DNA of 64,000 bases, from the NCBI GenBank assembly GCA_964636125.1, contig CAZWPX010000016.1, forward strand, positions 987 through 64,986, written 5' to 3'. Shown in pieces: positions 57,764 to 64,000 of the stretch; position 1 is the first letter of the stretch, and every line of letters begins with the position of its first letter. Both the position numbers and the translations under genes were made by a program. The notes below the pieces were generated by a model. That model did not search any database. It saw only the letters and a program-made list of their open reading frames with translations, and was not told where the DNA came from. The stretch is from an uncultured Desulfobacterales bacterium. Lineage in GTDB: Bacteria > Desulfobacterota > Desulfobacteria > Desulfobacterales > CAJINA01.

Positions 57764-57921
57764 CTGGATCTCCTTTTTTCGGATTTAGAATAATATCGGT
57801 GTCTGTAACCAGACAGGTGAATTCGCCGTGTAAATTTATAATCCCGTGTTTATCGCAAAACGCCCCGGGCTTGTCAAGTCCTGCCGTGGGACTAATCGGA
57901 TCAGGTTCAAGGGGGGCGCCT

Positions 57922-59352
57922 CTACTGCCTGCGGGCGCAGGCATGCAGTCGGCGCGCCAGGGCGAGGGCGGTCGGTTTGTCCGCGATCTCCCCGGCCAGT
58001 CGGGCTGTTTCCACCCGGGCCAGTATTTTTTTGAAGACCGGAGAGGGTGACAGCCCTAACGTGTCTATCAGGTCGCGGCCGTTCAGCAGGCCGGGTTGGG
58101 TCTGTCGATGGACGTGCAGGCCAAAGTAGCGCTGCAGCAGGGTTTCAGCAAATTGGCTAAAAGCGTCGCCCGCTCGGGTGGGATTTTCCCGTTTGCCCGC
58201 AAAGTCGGCCACAGCGTGCAGCAGGATATCCGGTGCGGCGTCGTCACACTGCATGAAAAAACGGGTCACCGCGCGATTGCTCATGCGGTTTTCCTGGTGC
58301 AGCAGGAAAAGAAAGAGGGGCCGGTTGTGATTTTTCACAACACCGGCGAGGTATTCCCGTTCGCGTTTAGAACATTTCAAGCGTTCACAGATATTATTTG
58401 CAAGGCGGTAGCCCCGGCGGCCGTGGCCGTAGAAATGGATGTGGCCCTGGTCGTCTTTGGACCGGGTCGGTGGTTTGCCGATGTCATGCAGCAGGATGGC
58501 CAATTTCAGCAATGCGGTTCTTCCGAGGTCTTCCACCCGGGTGGCCGCACGCAGCAGCAGTGTGCCGGGCCGATCGTTCTCAGTTGGCGCGGCTTCCAGG
58601 GATTCCAGTTGATAATAGGCGGCGAGGGTGTGGTTCCAGACATCAAAGCTGTGGTGGTGGTTCTGATGGCACCCGATCAGCGGCTTGAGTTCCGGTATAA
58701 TCGCGAACAGGAGTCCCGTGTCCGCCATCTGCACCAGGGTGTCTAATGACCCGGGCAGGGAGAAGAGTTTCAATAGTTCTGCCCGGATTCTTTCACCGGC
58801 ACAGGTATCAATCGACGCTGCAGCTGCGCTTATCCAGCGGCGGGTTTGGTTTTCGATAGCGCATTCAAACTGAGCCCCCAGTCTGAATGCACGCAGCATC
58901 CTTAAGGGATCGTTGCTGAATGCCCGGGCGGAAATAGCTTTCAGGACCCGTTTGCGCAGGTCCGCCAGGCCGTTCTGCGGATCAACGAGCATCCCCCGCG
59001 TGATATCAAAGGCCATGGCATTGATCGTAAAATCCCGATTGCCCAGGTCAGCGGTGATTGAATCACCCCAAAGGGGTGTAATGTCAAATATCCGATCCGC
59101 GGTGTTAACCCTGAAAACCCTGTGTTCAGCGGGGCCGATGGGGATGGGCCGGCCCCCGTGCCGTTGGGCCACCTGGCGGGCGTATGCCTCCGGCTGCCCG
59201 GATACTGCCACGTCTAAATCGGCCGGCTGGCGGCCGCATAACAGGTCTCGGACACAGCCGCCCACCAGGAAGGCAGTGCCGGCGGGCGGCAACAGCCCGG
59301 CCGTGCGGGCCAGGCGCTGATACGCTTCTTTTTCAATTGTGTCGGTATGCAA
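57922..59352 (-). CDS. tRNA nucleotidyltransferase with HD domain, probably CC-adding (start uncertain)
   Basis: LVGGCVRD..DLDV, RDFTINAMA, DPLRMLRAFR, ERIRAEL, HH.FDVWNHT, LLHDIGKP. Confidence 0.88.
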   Translation of the reverse strand: MHTDTIEKEAYQRLARTAGLLPPAGTAFLVGGCVRDLLCGRQPADLDVAVSGQPEAYARQVAQRHGGRPIPIGPAEHRVFRVNTADRIFDITPLWGDSITADLGNRDFTINAMAFDITRGMLVDPQNGLADLRKRVLKAISARAFSNDPLRMLRAFRLGAQFECAIENQTRRWISAAAASIDTCAGERIRAELLKLFSLPGSLDTLVQMADTGLLFAIIPELKPLIGCHQNHHHSFDVWNHTLAAYYQLESLEAAPTENDRPGTLLLRAATRVEDLGRTALLKLAILLHDIGKPPTRSKDDQGHIHFYGHGRRGYRLANNICERLKCSKREREYLAGVVKNHNRPLFLFLLHQENRMSNRAVTRFFMQCDDAAPDILLHAVADFAGKRENPTRAGDAFSQFAETLLQRYFGLHVHRQTQPGLLNGRDLIDTLGLSPSPVFKKILARVETARLAGEIADKPTALALARRLHACARRQ

Positions 59353-59531
59353 GGTCGTTCCAGTCTTTAAAAACCTGGCCCTTTGGCCAGGGTTTTTTAC
59401 TACGCATAGCACATTTTCCGAAATTTGGCATGTTTGCTCGCTTTTCACCTCGGTCTGACCGCAGATCCTGGCGGGGTTTATACGCCGGGTGTCTCCTTTA
59501 AAACCGGCCAAAAGGTGCCTGGAGAAACTGC

Positions 59532-59560
59532 TTGACAGACTTAAAATCTTGCTATACCAT
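59532..59560 (+). promoter_or_regulatory. Putative sigma70 promoter of rho
   Basis: TTGACA-17 bp-TACCAT, about 330 nt upstream of the rho start. Confidence 0.6.
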
Positions 59561-59891
59561 AAGTCGTTCACAAAAAACTGATCAGGGCCCGCCCCGTGGA
59601 GAGATAACACCCGGAAATCTTCTAACTAAAATCACATAACATTCCGTTACTGCCGGCGTCACACAACAGTCTGCCCATTGTTGTAAATATGATGCTCGAA
59701 TAATCAAATGCAAAAATAGAAACTATCCGGATAAATCCTGTTCCCATATCAGGGAGACGCGTACCCAGTTTATTGATCATGTTGCCCCCAGTCGAACTCA
59801 AGTGGCCCAGCGGCTGGGTCGGGGCCGCTGCTGATACAGATAAATCCTTTATTCGTTTATAACTATTATGAAAAGGTGGAGAGTACTCTAA

Positions 59892-61139
59892 ATGAACATC
59901 GTCGAACTTAAAGACATGAAAATCAAAGAGCTGACCCAAATGGCCAAAGAGTTCAAAATTGAAGGGGCCGCCGGGATGCGTAAGCAGGAGCTTATTTTTT
60001 CGCTTCTCCAGGCCCAGATTGAACAAAATGGGCTGATTTACGGGGAGGGCACCCTTGAAATCCTGCCTGATGGATTTGGCTTTTTACGGGCCCCTGATTG
60101 TAATTACCTGCCGGGTCCGGATGATATTTATGTGTCTCCTTCACAGATAAGGCGATTTAATTTAAGAACCGGCGATACCGTTTCAGGGCAGATCCGGCAG
60201 CCCAAGGATACCGAGCGCTACTTCGCGCTGCTCAAAGTGGAGGCGGTCAACTACGAGGACCCGGAGGAGGCCCGCGAAAAGATCCTGTTTGACAACCTGA
60301 CCCCGCTCTATCCGGAGCGTAAAATGAGATTGCAGAAAGACCCGGATAATTTTTCCACCCGGATCATGGACCTGCTCACGCCCATTGGCTTTGGTCAGCG
60401 CGGACTGATCGTTTCACCGCCCCGGTCCGGTAAAACGATGCTGCTGCAGGCCATTGCGAACAGCCTGAGCGCCAATCACAAAAATATTGTCCTCTTTGTC
60501 CTGCTGATCGATGAACGCCCGGAAGAGGTGACCGACATGGAACGCTCTGTGGACGGCGAGGTGATCAGTTCAACTTTCGACGAGCCGGCCGAACGCCACG
60601 TTCAGGTTGCTGAAATGGTCATTGAAAAGGCCAAACGCCTGGTCGAGCATAAAAAGGATGTGATTATCCTCCTGGACAGCATTACCCGGCTGGCCCGGGC
60701 CTATAACAGCGTCATGCCGCCCAGTGGAAAGATACTCTCCGGCGGAGTGGACTCAAACGCACTGCAGCGTCCCAAAAGATTTTTCGGTGCCGCCCGCAAT
60801 ATAGAAGAGGGCGGCAGCCTTTCCATTATCGCCACAGCCCTGGTCGATACCGGCAGCCGTATGGATGAGGTGATTTTTGAGGAATTCAAGGGCACGGGCA
60901 ACATGGAAATCCAACTTGACCGGCGGCTGGCCGACAAACGGGTTTTCCCGGCTATTGACATTAAAAAGTCTGGTACCCGGAAAGAGGAGCTGCTGCTGCC
61001 CGAAGAGACGCTCAACCGGGTTTGGATACTGCGTAAATTGCTCAGTTCATTAAATCCCATCGATAGTTTAGAATTTTTACTTGAAAAAATGAACGGAACA
61101 AGCGATAATCAGGAGTTTCTAGACTCAATGAACTCGTAA
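59892..61139 (+). CDS. rho: Transcription termination factor Rho
   Basis: [56 protein letters not shown]. Confidence 0.99.
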   Translation: MNIVELKDMKIKELTQMAKEFKIEGAAGMRKQELIFSLLQAQIEQNGLIYGEGTLEILPDGFGFLRAPDCNYLPGPDDIYVSPSQIRRFNLRTGDTVSGQIRQPKDTERYFALLKVEAVNYEDPEEAREKILFDNLTPLYPERKMRLQKDPDNFSTRIMDLLTPIGFGQRGLIVSPPRSGKTMLLQAIANSLSANHKNIVLFVLLIDERPEEVTDMERSVDGEVISSTFDEPAERHVQVAEMVIEKAKRLVEHKKDVIILLDSITRLARAYNSVMPPSGKILSGGVDSNALQRPKRFFGAARNIEEGGSLSIIATALVDTGSRMDEVIFEEFKGTGNMEIQLDRRLADKRVFPAIDIKKSGTRKEELLLPEETLNRVWILRKLLSSLNPIDSLEFLLEKMNGTSDNQEFLDSMNS

Positions 61140-61202
61140 TGGTTTGGCAAATGATCCGTGAACAATGTTTAAGGATATAAAATTACAGGAGATATTTTAG
61201 AC

Positions 61203-61424
61203 ATGAAGCCAGAAATACATCCGCAATTCGCGGATACAACTATTCGATGCGCCTGCGGTTCAGAATTCAAGGCAGGATCCACCAAAAAAGATATCAGCGT
61301 TGAAATCTGTTCCCAATGCCACCCATTTTATACCGGCAAGCAGAAACTGGTTGATACGGCCGGACGGATTGAGCGCTTTCGGAAAAAGTACGAAAAATAC
61401 AATCAGCAGCAGGCGGCCAAATAA
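61203..61424 (+). CDS. rpmE: 50S ribosomal protein L31 (Zn-binding type)
   Basis: [35 protein letters not shown]. Confidence 0.97.
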   Translation: MKPEIHPQFADTTIRCACGSEFKAGSTKKDISVEICSQCHPFYTGKQKLVDTAGRIERFRKKYEKYNQQQAAK

Positions 61425-61507
61425 CCTGGTAACAGGTACACTTTCAAGACCTTTGAGAAGATTCCCGATCAAGGGAACGTCCAAAGGTCTTGCGTGTTTT
61501 TTCAGCT

Positions 61508-62578
61508 ATGCAAAATAAACTTAAAGGTATCGAAAAAAGGTTCCTGGAAATCGAGCGACTGCTCAGTGATCCGGCGATCATTGCCGACCGGAAGGCCTAC
61601 CAGGCCTACAGCCGGGAACACGCTGAGCTCAACCCGGTTGTGACAGCCTTTCGAGAATATGAGGCCATCCAGGCCGAACTCGAGAGCAGTCGGGAATTGC
61701 TTAAGGACAGCGATCCGGAAATCAAGGATCTTGCCCGGGAGGAAGTGGACGGTCTTTCCGCTGAGATTGAGCGCCTCGAATCTGAGTTGAATACCCTGAT
61801 GATTCCCAAAGACCCGCTGGACGACAAGAATGTGATTGTTGAAATCCGGGCCGGGACGGGCGGAGATGAAGCCGCCCTTTTTGCCGGGGACCTTTTTCGC
61901 ATGTACTCGCGCTACGCGGAGAATAATGGCTGGAAGGTCGAGATCATGACCCACCACGGCACCGGCGTCGGCGGCTTTAAAGAGGTCATTGCCCTGGTGA
62001 ATGGAAAAGGGGCCTATAGCTGCTTCAAGTATGAAAGCGGTACCCACCGGGTGCAGAGGGTACCAACCACGGAAGCCCAGGGGCGCATTCACACCTCCGC
62101 GGTGACGGTGGCCGTGCTGCCTGAAGCCGAAGAAGTTGAACTCGATATCGACCCCCATGAACTGAAAATCGATGTATACCGGTCATCCGGACCGGGCGGA
62201 CAGAGCGTTAATACAACGGACTCGGCGGTGAGGATTACGCACTTGCCCACCGGGGTTGTGGTCATCTGCCAGGATGAGAAATCCCAGCATAAAAATAAGG
62301 CCAAGGCCATGAAGGTCCTGCGCTCACGATTGCTGGATACCTTGATCCGGGAGCAGGATCAGGAGCGGTCCGCGGCCCGCAAAAACCAGATTGGCAGCGG
62401 TGATCGCAGCGGTCGCATACGGACCTACAACTTTCCCCAGGGGCGGGTATCGGATCATAGAATAGGCTTAACGCTGTACAAACTCGATGCGGTTATCCAG
62501 GGTGATCTGGATGAGATCGTCAGTTCCCTGGCCACCTACTACCAGGCTCAGGCGATGCAAAATGCGGACACCGTCTAA
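61508..62578 (+). CDS. prfA: Peptide chain release factor 1
   Basis: [21 protein letters not shown] (PxT), [17 protein letters not shown]. Confidence 0.98.
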   Translation: MQNKLKGIEKRFLEIERLLSDPAIIADRKAYQAYSREHAELNPVVTAFREYEAIQAELESSRELLKDSDPEIKDLAREEVDGLSAEIERLESELNTLMIPKDPLDDKNVIVEIRAGTGGDEAALFAGDLFRMYSRYAENNGWKVEIMTHHGTGVGGFKEVIALVNGKGAYSCFKYESGTHRVQRVPTTEAQGRIHTSAVTVAVLPEAEEVELDIDPHELKIDVYRSSGPGGQSVNTTDSAVRITHLPTGVVVICQDEKSQHKNKAKAMKVLRSRLLDTLIREQDQERSAARKNQIGSGDRSGRIRTYNFPQGRVSDHRIGLTLYKLDAVIQGDLDEIVSSLATYYQAQAMQNADTV

Positions 62579-63461
62579 AAACCGCCGGGTGGATTGGAAA
62601 ATCCTGGAATTACTGAAATGGGCCACCGGCTATTTTGGTGAGCACGACATCGACAGCCCCCGCTCAACGGCCGAAATTCTACTGGCCTACACTCTCGCTG
62701 TCCAGCGAATCGATCTTTACCTCCGTTACGACCAACCGCTCAACGATACTGAACTTGCCGCCTTCAAGGGGTTGATCAAACGGCGGGTAGCCCGCGAACC
62801 GGTCGCCTATATCGTGGGACAAAAAGAGTTCTGGGGGCTTGATTTCAAGGTAGGGCCCGGGACATTGATACCGCGCCCGGAAACCGAACACCTGGTTGAG
62901 GCAGCGCTTGAAGTCATCCAGGCGGCTGACCGGCCGGCACCCTGGAAAATTCTTGAACTCGGTACGGGATCTGGTGCCGTGGTGACCGCCCTGGCCAAAG
63001 AGCAGCCCGAACAACGCTATTTTGCATCCGACAGATCTGTGACAACCTTGCAGCGGGCGTGTCGGAACGCGGCGGCCAATGGCCTGGCTGCTGAGATCCA
63101 CTTTTTTTCCGGGAACTGGTTCACACCGCTCAGCCCGGTCAACTGCCGGTTTGATATGGTGGTATCCAACCCACCCTACATCGAAACAGCTACCATCCAG
63201 ACATTGCAGCCTGAAATTACTCGCTTCGAACCATTGGCCGCCCTGGACGGGGGTGCGGACGGGCTGGGGTGCATCCGGCGGATTCTGGATGCGGCTCCCA
63301 AGTATATGGCCCCGGGAGGGTGCCTGATCCTTGAGACCGGGAACAACCAGCACCCGGCCATCGAAAAGCTGGTCACGCGGCATCCCGAATATGCCCGGGT
63401 TGAGTTTTCAAAAGATTACAGCGGTTACGATCGGATTGCCCGGCTAACGCTCGGTGCTTGA
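62562..63461 (+). CDS. prmC: Release factor glutamine methyltransferase
   Basis: [43 protein letters not shown]. Confidence 0.96.
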   Translation: MRTPSKNRRVDWKILELLKWATGYFGEHDIDSPRSTAEILLAYTLAVQRIDLYLRYDQPLNDTELAAFKGLIKRRVAREPVAYIVGQKEFWGLDFKVGPGTLIPRPETEHLVEAALEVIQAADRPAPWKILELGTGSGAVVTALAKEQPEQRYFASDRSVTTLQRACRNAAANGLAAEIHFFSGNWFTPLSPVNCRFDMVVSNPPYIETATIQTLQPEITRFEPLAALDGGADGLGCIRRILDAAPKYMAPGGCLILETGNNQHPAIEKLVTRHPEYARVEFSKDYSGYDRIARLTLGA

Positions 63462-63732
63462 ATTTCGGCCCGGACAAGCTGTTGCGACCATTCGATCCAT
63501 TCTTACAATCCCGTAAACAGTTAAAATTGCGCTTCTATTGACATTTCGGTGAAAAACCGGCTTTTGTGCCGGGTTTCAGTTTGAACGGCGTAACCAACCG
63601 TATTGTGTGGTTTTATTAGATATTATTAAGCGTTGGCTTTCGATAGAGTGATATGTGGGGCGGAATTTTACGAATTCATCCAAAAACTGCTTGCGAAAAA
63701 AAAAGGTTCTTGTTAATAAAAAACGTTTTTAT

Positions 63733-63836
63733 AACCCACACGTCTCTGGACCCGGCTCCCGGTGTCCCGCGCTGGGCGGGATTGGAACTGGGGATGAAAG
63801 CGACGAAGGTCAAACCAAATCCAGGAGGGAATAGAT
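63733..63836 (+). promoter_or_regulatory. rpsB 5' leader (S2 autoregulatory/t44-like structured RNA)
   Basis: Starts CCCACAC, GC-rich paired segments, directly upstream of rpsB. Confidence 0.55.
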
Positions 63837-64000
63837 ATGGCCTACATCACAATGAAACAATTGCTGGAAGCTGGCGTACACTTTGGTCACCAGACCAAAC
63901 GCTGGAATCCCAAGATGAAACCTTATATCTTCGGCGCTCGAAACGGAATCTATATTATTGATCTTTCCAAGACCGTCAAGATGTTCAGGAATGCTTACGC
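63837..64000 (+). CDS. rpsB: 30S ribosomal protein S2 (3' end outside window)
   Basis: [52 protein letters not shown]. Confidence 0.97.
   Translation, partial: MAYITMKQLLEAGVHFGHQTKRWNPKMKPYIFGARNGIYIIDLSKTVKMFRNAY

Noticed and set aside
3415..63383. Many other 100-300 aa antisense or alternative-frame ORFs (e.g. 3415-4317, 14269-15117, 23110-23970, 62679-63383)
   Set aside because: They lie fully within confidently assigned genes and have no protein-like motifs
63653..63961. 102 aa ORF in the track at the window end
   Set aside because: Wrong frame; the real gene is rpsB starting at 63837 and running off the window
1..64000. Prophage, integrase, transposase or defence system
   Set aside because: No ORF with such motifs was recognised; both tRNA flanks lack an integrase and a duplicated att core

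Overview
A 64 kb, mostly housekeeping chromosomal segment. Gene content and style point to a sulfate-reducing deltaproteobacterium (Desulfobacterales-like; inferred from the ahbC-hemB-ahbD alternative haem pathway, PPi-PFK and a LIV-type ABC plus acyl-CoA ligase cluster). Left half, + strand: sigma54 two-component pair, LIV-like ABC transporter with long-chain acyl-CoA ligase, tRNA-Thr(CGT) (minus strand), mfd-surA-surA-rodZ-mgtE-recO-GHMP kinase-glyQS, small ORF-nucleoside phosphorylase-atypical NAD-dependent DNA ligase, acylphosphatase, a broken HEAT-repeat gene and a corrinoid protein/MtaA-like methyltransferase/MFS trio. Right half: ftsY, smc, polar amino acid ABC, pfp, ahbD-hemB-ahbC, a ClpX-like ATPase, USP, fabH-like, a stand-alone lpxD, tRNA-Arg(CCG), folC, rpsU, adk, a probable CC-adding enzyme, rho-rpmE-prfA-prmC and the start of rpsB. 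No transposase, integrase, prophage or CRISPR array is visible. The most striking unexplained signal is non-coding. Three ~150 bp imperfect palindromes have divergent arms but share a covarying apical motif (AACCGSA-stem-loop-stem-GAGGATT), show strand-biased G-T wobbles and begin at gene stop codons. Several 7-mer and 9-mer based intergenic repeat families accompany them. All assignments come from reading the sequence and motif recall; no database searches were run.
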